Assembly: GCA_027604505.1 (NCBI GenBank)
Contig: JADIIX010000181.1
Location: 1-36,679 of the forward strand
Direction of reading: 5' to 3'
Length of the DNA: 36,679 nt
DNA from: Gonapodya sp. JEL0774
Taxonomy: Eukaryota
Part shown: piece by piece, positions 13,001-25,442 of the stretch
How the letters are laid out: each line of letters opens with the position of its first letter
How positions within the stretch are numbered: the stretch's first letter is position 1
Translations under genes and position numbers: made by a program
The notes under the pieces: model-generated
What the model was told of the DNA's origin: nothing
The model's input: only the letters and a program-made list of their open reading frames with translations
Databases searched by the model: none

Positions 13001-14192
13001 TTGCATTTTACGGGACGAATGCTCGCCAAGGCTCTGTATGGTATGTGGGAGGCAGTTGGTCAGGGTTCACATCGCACAATTTGTTGACAGAAGTGGTCAA
13101 TGTTTTGATTCTTTATTCTTTTCAGAGGGCATTGTTATCGACTACCCTTTCGCGCTATTTTTTTACTCGAAGCTTCTATCCCAGTACACCTGCCTCGACG
13201 ATCTTCCTTCGTTGGATCCAGAACTATACAAAAACCTCACATTCTTGAAGCACTATGAAGGAGACTGCTCCGATCTCGGACTTAGTTTCACCATCGATGA
13301 AGACATTTTCGGGAAGAAAGTTTCTCAGGGTGAGCCTTTCGTGAATGCAGATACATGTACTTAGCTCAATCGTGGGTATTCAGAACTCAAACCCGGCGGA
13401 GCCAAAATGGAGGTGACCAACGAAAACCGTTATCAATACAGTGGGCAGTGAAGTAAAGTGGTCTTCATTAGTCGGCTTTACCAGTAACTCGCGTTTTGTC
13501 TAGTCTACTTGATGGCGGACTATGTTCTCAATCAGCAAGCCAAGGATCAGAACCGAGCTTTCATCAAAGGCTTCAAATCGGTTGTCAGTGATGCCTGGCT
13601 TCGTCCATTTTCGGCGTCAGAACTGCAGAAGTTGATGTCTGGCGAAGGGGGAGACTTCGACCCCAAGGAATTGCGAACTTATACGAGGTATGAGGGCGGT
13701 TTCTTCGATCAGCATAAGACAATCAGGTGGCTGTGGCAGTGTGTGGAAGAGATGTCGCCCAAAGAGAAGTCCGCCTTCCTTCGGTTTGTGACGTCATGCA
13801 GCAAACCACCAGTAGGTGGTGAGTTTTTTTTGCCAATGAACTCGGGTTGTGCAATCTCACTCATCGAAAGAACGCGAAAGGCTTTCAACACTTGCAACCC
13901 ACTTTTACCGTCCGCGCCGTAACTGAGGAAGGCGGTGAGAATGCTCATGAACCGACTACACTGGGAGTGTTCAGCACAATTGTCGGATTTGGGAAGGACT
14001 CGTCTCGTCTTCCAACGGCCGCTACTTGCTTTAATCTTTTGAAACTTCCAGTATTCAAGTCGAAACAGAATCTTAAGGAAAAGCTTCTGTATGCGGTGCG
14101 TTTTCTTGATCAGCCATGGTTTGTTTCGACGAATCAGTGAAGGATAAATCATTCGACAGATTAATGCAAATGCTGGCTTTGAACTTGCATAG
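10063..14192 (+). CDS. HECT-domain E3 ubiquitin ligase, UBE3B/UBE3C (Hul5)-like
   Basis: N-terminal IQ-like segment ([13 protein letters not shown]), [59 protein letters not shown], catalytic [15 protein letters not shown] and C-terminus [10 protein letters not shown] (TAG 14190-14192). All introns checked are GT-AG and in phase. Confidence 0.92.
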
Positions 14193-15366
14193 CCTGATCA
14201 TGACGCGCAAATTCTCTTACACATTATCTCTGTCATGTTTCAGCAATGAAGTGAAACTGTAATTACTGTAACAGTATGAAATACCATTATTGTGTGCACT
14301 AAGGTTTTGCTGCCTTCTCACTGCAAGCATACATAGGAACATCAGGCTGGATACACTTGCTTGAAGTTGAAACTACAGCTTTGGAAGTTGACCATTCCTT
14401 GACAAGCCATTGCCAGTATAATGCCATTGGACAAGCATGGTCCTGGACTTCACACCACGCAAATCCAAACCAACCCCCCCTTTTATAAAGAAGCATGAGA
14501 CGTTTGGTTTTGATTCCGCTATTTCCTGAAAGTCAGATTTGTGCAGGCATTGATACTCATTCTCGTAGAATGTATAGTGACCCAGAAAGATACAGCAACA
14601 ATGACTGGAGCGTAACAGTTGATCCCCCTTCCTGTCCAGCCAAAATAACAAAAAGCATGTCTCCCCAGCTGTGTGGAATAAAAGTTATTGAACTCGGGAT
14701 GTTCTGTTTGGTACTACTAGTCTAATGTTTGTGGGAGCTTCACCGCCACTCCGCATGTACATTCCCAGTGCAGACGAACTTGATGGTGGCCAACCCAGCA
14801 AACAAGAAAGCATCAACTTTCCAACCTTAATTGAAATCGTTGAGAGTACATATCATCCAGGAGAAGTGAGGCTCATGAACAGACGGATGCGGTTAAACAC
14901 AATGAGCCGAGATGACCAAGGCCGCACTTATACTCAAGGATAAAGAATAGCTAAGAAAGAAATCATTTCGAATCCGTCGCGACGCTCAGTGAGAATATTT
15001 TATTTTTGCTTTTTTTTTGGTGATGGAGTTGGAATGCCAAAACAGACTCCAGCAAATCCGCTCCTCCCATACAAACGCGAACCAACGGCCGCTGGCTGTC
15101 TCACCCCTCACTCTGCGTCCAACCCCCGATAAGCCGACCCAGGTGACCCGCCTCCTATACTCACCAGCGTCTGTGCTGCGCTTCGGATTCGGTCGCGCAA
15201 CCTGCCGCCGCTTCTATTCAGAATCTGTGTAAACGCTGTGGGCGCAAGGACCATCGACTCGCGCGCAGATTCCATTTCGCCAGCACGATTTGTTCAATCT
15301 TTCCGTTTTCCGCTGGTCATCTGTTCTCATCCGCAAACAATTTTTCGTCCTGAGAGGAGAACGGCA

Positions 15367-18300
15367 ATGGGGAACAATTATGGACCGTCAGAACTCGCAC
15401 AAATGCAGGCACATCTCGCTGCGACATCGGGCTTCAATTCATTTGACTCTCTCTCCTCTAATCACAACATTTCGCTGGACGGGTTCAAAAATCAATCTCC
15501 CTCCAACCCCATGTCCCACCAGTACCAAGTTCAGCTTCTCGCAGGTTCTAGCGGATCTGCTTCTCAGCAGAATCTCCCTTCCAGTCTACATTCGGCACCT
15601 CCGCAAAACCTTCAAACGCAATTGCAGTTTACTCAAAACCTGGTCAACAATAACAACATGAACGTCCGTTTTCAGCAACCTCCCCCCACGCAACATGTCC
15701 AACAGCTCCCGCAACCCCAGCAGTCCCAGCACATACAACAGCAATACCCGCCTCAGAACCACCAAGGTGCTTTTCAGCAGGCGCAGGGTTGGGGTGGATC
15801 AATGCCATCATTAGCGGTTGGGTTTGGGCAAGCACCTGCGGGGAACCAAGCCGGTCAGATGTTCCCACAGCAGGTTTCGGTTGCTCAACATCAGCAGCAG
15901 CAACATCAACCGCCACAACAACAACAGCAGCAATTCCTCCAGCAGCAACAACGACCCCAGGGTGCTGGCTTACAGAGCATCGGAACCGGGCATGCATACC
16001 CCCCACAACCTCAATCTGTGACTGCTTCTTACGCTCGCCCACAGCAGACTCAAACCACCTACCTCCACTCTCGCCCTCCTTCTACCTACGCGCAACCGCA
16101 ACCTGGTTTTGGCCCTCAATCGGTCATCGGGTCGTACCCGCAAGTTGGGTATCCTCCGCAGGGCTACCCGCAGTCCGGTCAACCCACCAACAGTTATGCT
16201 CGCATTACGCCTCAGTATCAACAACGTCCTCCCACAGTACCCGCTTATCGGAATGTCAACTCCACCGCTAGTAGGCAGCGAGCAACCAGTTACCTCCAGC
16301 CCGTCCCGGTACAGCAGCAGAGATACAACTATGCCACGGCGCCAGTGCAACGGTACGCTCCATCACTTGGTGCTGGATTTGGGATGGGCGGCGGTGTTGG
16401 ACTTGGATCGGGACTGGGTGGCGGTGGCTACTCTGGATATGCTGGATACACAGGCGATTCCTGGTATGGTACGCAGGAGAAGTTGCCGCCCAAGGTTTCG
16501 GAGAGAAACAATGTGAGTTGAATGGGGTTTTGGTTTTGGCTATAGGGATCAAGAGCACGAGCAACCAACTCTCACACCACCCACAGGCATTGAAAATGGA
16601 CATTGCAAATCATGCGCGACAGCGCTACGTTTGGCTCTTCCACCACCGTATGCTCTTCACCCCCTTCTTGAACCCCACGCACCCACCAAACTCTCCATAC
16701 GAGCCACAGAATGGACTCACGAGTCTGCCCCACAAGCACCCTTATGTGCTCTCCACGTCACCCATCTCGTGTGACGCGCGAGAAAAGCAGCCCGAGTGCG
16801 TTGTTGCGGGTGAGATGAAAGATTACCAGCTGCGGGGATTGGGTTGGCTCACGGGAATGTTTGATAATGGTGTGAATGCAATTTTGGGGGACGAAATGGT
16901 GAGTTGCTTAGAGGGGAAGTCCATTGATGCTTTTTCAGTAGTTTATGTTCCTTGACTTGGCTGTTCATCCATCACATAGGGTCTGGGGAAGACGCTTCAG
17001 ACTCTCTCTTTCCTTGCGGTATTGAAGAATGAGAAGAAATTGTCAGGACCTTGTAAGTTTTGCTGGCTCAATCTTTGCAGAACTCAAATTTTCAAGGACA
17101 TTACCACCCACAACAGACTTGGTTGTGTGTCCGCTGTCGGTGAGTTGTGGCATCTTGAGAAGGGTGTACACTCAGTAGGCTCAAAGCTGCGTCAATCAGG
17201 TCCTTGAAGGCTGGGTACGCGAATGCCGCAAGTGGACTCCTAGCCTTAAGCTTCTCCGATTTCACGGTGTCCAAAAAGAACGAGATCGCCTCAAACAGAT
17301 TCTGCATGACGACCCGGATATCGATGTCATTGTTACAACCTACGAGATGGCAGTGGCGGAAATGTTCTGGTTCCGACAGAGGATTTATCGAGTTGTCGTG
17401 ATGGATGAAGGTGTTTGTCGGAAGAAAACGCCAATCTCCGAGAAGAATAATCCCGAATCCCTGTTCGCAAAGGCCATCGAATAAAGAATGAGCAGACGCA
17501 GCTCGCCACCGCTGTGTACCATATTCACTCTCAATACCGGTTGTTGTTAACTGGGACACCTCTTCAAAACAATCTCAAGGAGCTGTGGGGATTGCTTCAT
17601 TGGCTCTTACCGGAAGTGTTTGTCCAGTGGACAGCCGATGTCTTTGTGCGGGTGAGAATGAATGGTCAGGGATGTCCAATCTGACGCAACTTGCTCGACA
17701 TGGTGGATATTGTCCAACAGGCTTTCGATTTGACACATAACATGTACGATGCGAAGGTTGTGGAGGCAAGCAGAAGGTTACTTGAAAAGCTGATGCTTCG
17801 GAGGTTGAAGACTCAGGTGAGAGTTTGTTCGTTGCCCTCCTTCCATTCTGAAGCACCTTTGCTGATTATCTCAAAAAGGTCAACCTCAACATCCCGCCGA
17901 AGGAGGAGATCACAATCTACCTTCCACTTTCGCCATTCCAACGGTTTTGGTACAAACGGCTTATCACTCAGCTGGACCAGACAACGATCCGTGAAATTTT
18001 CAACACGAAAGGCCAACAAAACGGTCAGATCGTCCGCCGAGACGCCTCTGACGAGCAGATTGTAGCCGCATTTAAGCTTGATGAAATCGAAAGTCGACTT
18101 GTGGATAAAGCAGACAAGTCAAGTCCCAACGACTGGAAGAAACTCATGAATCTTGTCATGCAGCTTCGAAAATGTTGTAACCACCCGTTCCTGTTTCCAA
18201 ACTCGGAGCCCGAGCCATATGAGAACAGCGAGCAGTTGGTATTGGCTTCATCGAAAGTAGGTAAACTTTGTCGAACTGCTCTTCATTCGGAACACTGTAA

Positions 18301-20636
18301 TGCAGCAGTTGAATTGCAGTTCATCCTTCTGGACAAACTCCTACCGAAGATGCAGGCTGAGGGTCACCGCGTGTTGATCTTTTCGGGCTTCACCAAAATG
18401 ATGGATATCCTTGAGGATTACATGCACCTTCGCCAAATCCGTTTCCTTCGCCTCGATGGGCAGACATCTCGGGCGCGGAGAAACCTGGACATCAAGCTAT
18501 TCAACGCACCGCATTCGGAGTATCTTGTTTTTCTGCTGGCCACTCGAGCTGGAGGTCTGGGTATCAATCTAACTGGCGCCGACACGGTCATTTTCTTCGA
18601 TTCGGACTGGAACCCTCAGGTGGATATCCAGGCGCAAGCCCGAGCTCACCGCATTGGGCAAACGAAACCCGTCACCGTTTATCGCTTGGTTTGCAAAGAA
18701 ACAGTGGAGGAAAGGTGAGCCTGTATTGAGTGCAGGCAGCAATTATTGCTTGTATTGAGGATCTGTATATTCAGGATCCTCCACCGAACTCTTCAGAAGC
18801 TTTACTTATCCTTGCGTGTGACTGAGGAGACGGATGACCTGACCACAGCGGAGCCCAAGTTCTCAGCTCGGGACCTAATCGCTATGATTCGGATGGGTAG
18901 CAGCTCTCTCGCGTCGGCCGACTCGAACAATGCAGCGCTTGAACTTCTACAATCTCCGATTGACAACATTCTAGAGAAGTCGCGTCAGCACATGCAGGCT
19001 GTCCAGGACGCCGAGAAGCAGGGTCGAGACTTAGATGAAGAAATTTTCCAGATGAGGGCAGAGGACGTCAGCTCCCGAATTTTCGATGGAGAGTACCTGC
19101 CAAAATCCAACAAAGAGATTGCAAAACAGTGGCAAGATTTGACCAAGCGTGCGCGACATGAAAGAGTGGTTACAATTGACGGCCAACCGGTGTTAAAGGA
19201 AACGATCGGAGTGTCCGATGGCGCTGTCGCCACTATTGTACAAAAAAAGCCACCAAAGCCGGAGCCGAAGAAAGGGCCCAAGAAACACAATTGGGAGCAC
19301 GATTCGGAGTGCTTCTATTGCCGGGACGGTACGTATGTGCAAGCAGTGCCGGTACAGTTTGTTACTGACATCAATTATAGGAGGTGACGTCTACTTGTGC
19401 TCCCGATGCCCACGTGTTTACCACTATGAGTGTCTGGAGGATGATGACAGGAAAATCCACAACAACTTTTTTTGCGTGAGCTCCGTACCCACTGTCTTAC
19501 CTCCACAGTGTAGAATTTGCTAAGTTCGCCCTGTATGATCAGCCCCAACACCATTGCGAAGTATGTCGCCGAAATACTTCCGATGCGGGTGGTCTTCTGT
19601 TCAGATGTGCTACCTGTCCCGTTGCGTTTTGCGAGGATTGCCTTCCTGAACACGAAGTGAGTCGTCGATTTTCTTCGTTTCTGGCTGGATGTTGTCTTAT
19701 TCGCCGGTTTAGATTGAACCTGTTGGTGTCACGAACCCCGACTTGGTTAAGAAGGGTGAGCGTTCGAACTTCAAAGAGCTCTTTTAAAACTTACCACCTC
19801 ATCTCTCCCTGTGCTCCCCTTTCATTTTTACAAGGGTACGGTTATGTCGCACAAGCATATTATATTCGGTGCAAAGTTTGCTGTGAATTTGTAAGTCCTG
19901 ATGGTTCAAAGTAATTGCCATCGACATCTGTGAAGCTTTAGTTAACAACTGCCCCTCTATGTTTAAGTACGCGGCCATTGAACGGGGTGAAGAGCCTCCA
20001 ACTTATGTCAAAGTTGAGAAGGAGAAAAAGAAGTCGCGGAAGAAACGCCGGTTAGATGATGAAGAGAGTGAAGAAGTTCACCCAGCCAAAAGAGAAAAGG
20101 TTGAGGAGGATTCCGAGAAGGCTGAACCTGAGTTAGATGACTCGGACGAAGGGACTTCAGAAAAGGAGGGTGCAAGCGCCGACGGTGATTCGACCTTCCT
20201 GCCCGAGTTATCGGATGATGCACCAGCACCTCCTTCGAACCCTCCAGCGACACCACCCAACCACAGTGGGACTGAATCAATGACCGACATTGCGGAACTA
20301 CAACGGAATTCTATCTCACCAGCAGAGAGTATCCCAAAGCCGCCACAACGGAGTGTTGTTGTGTCAGCAGAGAGTCTTCCAACGCCTGCTTCGGGGGACG
20401 CGCCATCACCACACAACCCCGATACTAGCATATGTTCGAATTTACCGACGTCGAAAGACTTTGCTGATACACCCCAATCCTTCTATGACGATAGCACGCC
20501 GGGTGGTGACATGCTTGAACTCTTCTCCTTCGGAGGGTCAGAGAAAGACGGCTCGGACGGCGTAAGACGAGCGGACGATATATCGGCAGGTTTATTCGGT
20601 GATGATGGACTTTTGCAATCGGACTTCGGCCCTTGA
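15367..20636 (+). CDS. Snf2-family (ISWI/CHD-like) chromatin-remodelling ATPase with a Q/P/G/Y-rich N-terminus and C-terminal PHD + C5HCH-type zinc fingers
   Basis: Exon 1 (15367-16512) splices in phase to 16587. Helicase motifs: [85 protein letters not shown]. The C-terminus has [25 protein letters not shown]...C|PQHHCEVC...[12 protein letters not shown] followed by an acidic tail. Confidence 0.9.
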
Positions 20637-20811
20637 AGGAGAAATAGAGGTCGATACCCCGTATTTCCAGAATCGTAATTAGAGCACCATTATTATTTGA
20701 ATTAAATAGAAACTGCATTCTGCATCATCAATTGTGTTAGGTCGACAATTATACAATATCAAAACGTGTGTGATGTTATGGGTTATGGTATTGTCACGGT
20801 ATCGCAAAACT

Positions 20812-23800
20812 TCAAACATGTCCATTCGGGGTGCTTGTGTCCGTCGAGCAATGCAAATGTGCTAAACTTCCGTTTGGAAGATGAGCGAAAAACGGTTCCA
20901 TAACGCGAGTTCCACACACAGAACAAGCCGTGGTTCGAGAAAGTACGATCGGCTCCAGTGCGGCCATCCCATTGACAAGGCTTGCAGTTGTCTAATGAAA
21001 AATATTATATCGATTCAGGCGTCAAGTCAGCAACACCGACCTACCTTGAGGTTCTCAAGTTTTGAAAGCTGGTAAATGATCTTCCCCTCAGTTCGTTCGT
21101 GAACGTGGCGGCGCATGGCTTGCAGAACAAACGGCTGCAACACGCCAAATGCCCACTGCTCGGGAACGAGCGGTAAAACCTAAGATCAACGGGATTAGGA
21201 GCACGAAACATCAAACCAGCGAGAAATGCGCACTCACTTCATGCAACCCTAACCCGTTTCCCGCACATGTCAATAGTCGTATCACTTCTCCAACTAAAGA
21301 ATCTCGGTCACTCGACTTTAAATACAAGCGAAGAAGGGTCAAATACAATGTCTTTCGTGCGCTATTGCTGCGCCTGCAGTTGATCTCGTGGCTTCGATTG
21401 CCGTTGGTTGGATAATCGGGTTGAGCTACGACGTCTTCGACCGTCGACTGACAGTACTCCTCCGCGCCCACGTAGTCTTTCAGCTCATAAGCCAAAATTT
21501 TAAGCGCTTTCTCATGTTCTCGCATCTGCATCATACAACCGTCTGAGTCGGAATACAAACCAGACAAAAGGAAGTCCCACCTTGGAATAGACAATTGCCC
21601 TCTCAGCGCTGAATCCTCCAAACTGCAGCATTTTGGCAAGCAATATTGGAGGTTGATACAGCTGTGAGCTTCGGAGAAACGTGATAAAGGCCAAGCGTGC
21701 TTTACTAAGCAAGTCCTCTCGTTTGGAAAGAAACAAAGTAAAGGATTGGCGGGAAATAAGACTTGAAGTAGTGAAAACCTCATCTGGTACCGGGAATTCT
21801 TGGAGCTCATGACACGTCTTGGTACGATTGTTGCATGTTGTAGTACGCACCTAGTTCTTTCAGACGCTCGGCAGTCAAGGCGGTGCTCGTTATATCGTCC
21901 AAATGCAGCGCTGCAAGATCCGTATGATGTTGTGCATCCTTCATGAACGGACCGTTGTTGAAACGTGTTTTATGTCGACGATATCGCGGGCGTCGATACG
22001 AACCGTATCACCTCGATCGTTCACCAACCATTCAAGATATGCCCTCCTCACTTTTCTTCCAAATGATGAGAGATATGTGAGAACTTTCTCGGTGTCCAAG
22101 AGTCGATTCCGTTGGGTGTCGGCAGTGAAAATCTTGGTACGATATGTTTTGAAGAATGAGCAACAACCACTCAAAACGTAGACAACCCGCAGTCTTTACC
22201 TCAATGCCGAGGTCCGGATTTCGCTTCAGAATCCATGATGCGTGCTTCCACAGAGGGGCATCGTCAGGTTCTACCGACAGTGTGTCTACAACGTACCGCA
22301 AACCAGGGAATGCGGGATCCTTAAGCTCATCGCAAGCGAGACTGAACAAATATTAAAGCATGTCACAGTTTCTATCCCCACATCAGGACTTACCTTTGAA
22401 GAAGTTTAAATGCTTCCTCTGGCTTCTGTATCCGTTGGTAGTATCTTGCCAATGCATACCACCGCTGGTAAATAAGCCAGAGACGAACGTGTCTCAATCA
22501 AGCGGTGCTCAAACACTTTCAAAACTCACGTTCCTGCCCCTCAAAATTCCCACCACCACTTGTTCTTCGCACATCACACCAGATTCCACTAGACTCAGGA
22601 CGGAGTCTTCGTCGGTCTCCGCAAAAACCTCCAAGAGAACCGAGTCGATCATTATCCGTCTCGTTTCGTCAAGATGCGGGGACGCTGGTGGGGGATTCTC
22701 GCGGCAGTGGGTAAGGTATTTTACAAGAGTTTCTCGAGCATTGGAGACTAGGGCGGCAGAAAAGGACTTCCGGATGTCGGACTCAGCGTCGGGATAGTTC
22801 TTTTGCAAATGCTGTTCGACTGGGACACGCTTAGCACGGGTCACTGATGTAAACGAACAGGGTCCTTCCGGAAACAACTTACTCACCTATCTCGTCGATC
22901 AAGCCAAGCCATCCCAGAATCTCCAAACTAGCCTCTGGTAGCTGGAAGTCACTACCAGCAGCGAATGTTGCGAGATCCGGAAAAATGAGAATGAGAACAG
23001 CAGGGTCCAGCATACCCTTCTTGAAAAGCGCCAACGACTCCTCAAAAAGTGTATCGGTAAATAAAATGCAGCCCGCCTTGCGATAAACGGCGTGAAGATT
23101 CTCGGGCTGAGCATCCAGGAAAGCGGAATGAGTATCACTGTCTTCATCAACCAAGAGCTACCGTCACTCACATACGGCAATTTTGCACTTCGCGACCTTT
23201 CGTAGGTCCCCTCCGCTAAGCTCACAGCGGCTTCCGCGCTGCCACTCGCAAAAAGACTCTCGACTTGGTCCTCCACCTTGATCATGCACACAGCGTGGGC
23301 CCAGTCACCGCCATACAGTGCGAGTTCAACGGGGGCAAAAGATTGTAGGGATCGTAAGGAAGGGGTGTCGATGAATGCTGAAGTGAAATTACGTGGATCG
23401 GAGGACGAATTGAGGGGGACGATTTGAACAAGTTTCTGGGTGAAGATTGAGTGGATTTGAACGGTGTTGTTGGGGAGGAGTGCGAGGGTGAAGGGGAATT
23501 GGCACGCTGACCATTTACAGAAGTGCAAAATGTAGCTTCAATATCCCTCCAGATGGCTCAAGATAGCGAGCTCGCCATCACCGCTCACCAACAGACTTTG
23601 GGTACGCTCCCCATTGTAGAGTTCCTCTTGTCGCGTCTCCCCTCCCTGACAAGAAAACTCCCAATGCCGTATTGGTTGCAATCAAGAACTCATCGTTGCC
23701 GACGACAGCGATGAGTGGTCGAGGGGCGAGAGACCGATCAAAAGGGAAAAGAGTCGTTTGACGGCCGCTGGGTAGGTCGATGAGGCGATAATTGGAAGTG

Positions 23801-24995
23801 TCAGCGAGGCAGAGTGTTGAAGCACGTTGGCGCATAGCAAGCGGCGGTCCATCGGAGAGCGGGAGTTCCTGACAGGGATGTGCGCATTATCGTCATCACT
23901 CTTCATCTTGCTCCCCACATCATCAATGGTTCCCGTCCCCACCCGTCACAAATAAGTTACTGGCACTCACAGGCACGATGCCGCCTTTCCCCACCTCCCA
24001 GCGCTGCACACTCTTCCTTCGACCGAGAGCGACACCAGATCCTCGGTCGAGTCGTCCCTCTATCGAATCAGCACCCTCCACTCCAATCGCGGATAGAGAT
24101 GTGGAAGACGTGGAAAAGCATATGACGTTGCGGATAGGAGCGAAATTGGGAGTGGTGACGGGTGTGAGGTTGTGGATGTCGAGGAAGGACAGGGTGGAGT
24201 CTTTTGATGTGGATTTTCATACACAATAGGGTCAGTGTTTTCATAATGAGTCAGGCATACAATTGGGTGAGCACGAGTGACACGATGGAGTTGGCTTTTC
24301 GTCAGAACATTCTGTGGTGAAAATTGTTCCACAATCCGACTGAGCATGCCACGACGTTCCACTTATGGCGCCCACCATATCTGACACGCCACCACCACCC
24401 GTTACTCACCACACAGGACCAGTAAAACGAGCTCCGCTGGCAAAGCGAGGACCTGCTCAACCGGCTTTCTCCCCAGACCCAGATTCCTTCTGGAATTGAG
24501 TCTCCACTTTAAGGACTGACCAAGAGGCGGCTGATCGATGTAATAGTGAGCAACGTGTCCATCCGAGGTCCCAACATAAACGTTTTGGTCTGTGAATCGA
24601 AAGGTTCGGATGGGATTCCGTCCCCAAGCGAATGAAAATGCCCATTCACATAAGGAAGAATGTCATTACGGCTACCTCTCCGAACAAAGCGAATGGAAAT
24701 AGCGTTGTCCCCAAAAGATGTACTGACCCCACGCGTCCAATGATTCCACAGTCCACCGAGGTACTACATCCTTCTGCCCAGGTACATCCTGCGAAAAAGA
24801 TGGCGATGCCACTCTCCCAAAAAATGATCCCGCAGTGGTGCGGGATGGCGCCTGAGTTCCAGGTGAGAGACCTTGCTGTCCCTGTGAATGGCCAGGTGAT
24901 TCGTCTGAGGAGGCATGCGTACCCAAGGCCGTAGCCGATGGCGGAGATGCGATCGATGTCAGCAGGGGAACAAGGCTGAAAGGAAGCACCGACAT
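20812..24995 (-). CDS. Vps3/TGFBRAP1/Vps39-family endosomal tethering-complex subunit (CNH beta-propeller, clathrin-like repeats, C-terminal Zn knuckle)
   Basis: Starts MSVLPFSLVP at 24995. CNH start ..VESLDAW|DQNVYVGTSDG; RPLIAVVGNDEFL..GVFLSGRGDATRGTLQW; REHEKALKILAYELKDYVGAEEYC; final exon CSVCGTRV..FAHLPNGSLAHLHC..HV* (stop 20812-20814). The sequence alone does not settle the Vps3/TGFBRAP1 versus Vps39 assignment. Confidence 0.88.
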
Positions 24996-25442
24996 TGGCG
25001 GAGGCCGACGAATTATTTTACTGTGAAGTGTGGGTGTGTGAAGTGTAGTCCCCATTTTCGGCACATGATATACCCCAACCGCTCATTCTAGCCTGCCGGG
25101 ATTGCTACCCAGATTACTACATACGCCTAGTGAAGAAAGTTCGACTGAAGAAATCCAAGAGAGGTTGGCATATTTTCTCTCAAGCGGTCAAGGACAACGA
25201 GCCAAAATTTGTTCATGATTCATGCATGTATGATAGATTCTGTTGTAGATGTCAATCGGGAGCATCTCTTGACATTATTGATTTGGTTTCATAGCGGCCT
25301 GTTCATCTCCATTCTCGCCCAAACGAGACATTCGCCCGATTTGCCCCGATATTTGTCTGCCCAACTCCCCCGATAACTCCCAATTGAATAAACTCAAGCC
25401 GTTTCTTTTGCGACGCCCGTTCTCAGCTCGGATTGATTCACC
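24996..25442. promoter_or_regulatory. Putative divergent promoter region between the Vps3/Vps39-like gene and GLN4
   Basis: 447 bp AT-richer spacer between head-to-head start codons. No specific motif was identified. Confidence 0.45.

Noticed and set aside
18405..18412. ATATCCTT, a U12-type donor look-alike; also TCCTTAT near a PHB2 acceptor (about 32950)
   Set aside because: The first lies inside the conserved coding motif MMDILEDY. The PHB2 intron has a U2-type GTTAGT donor. No minor-spliceosome intron is supported.
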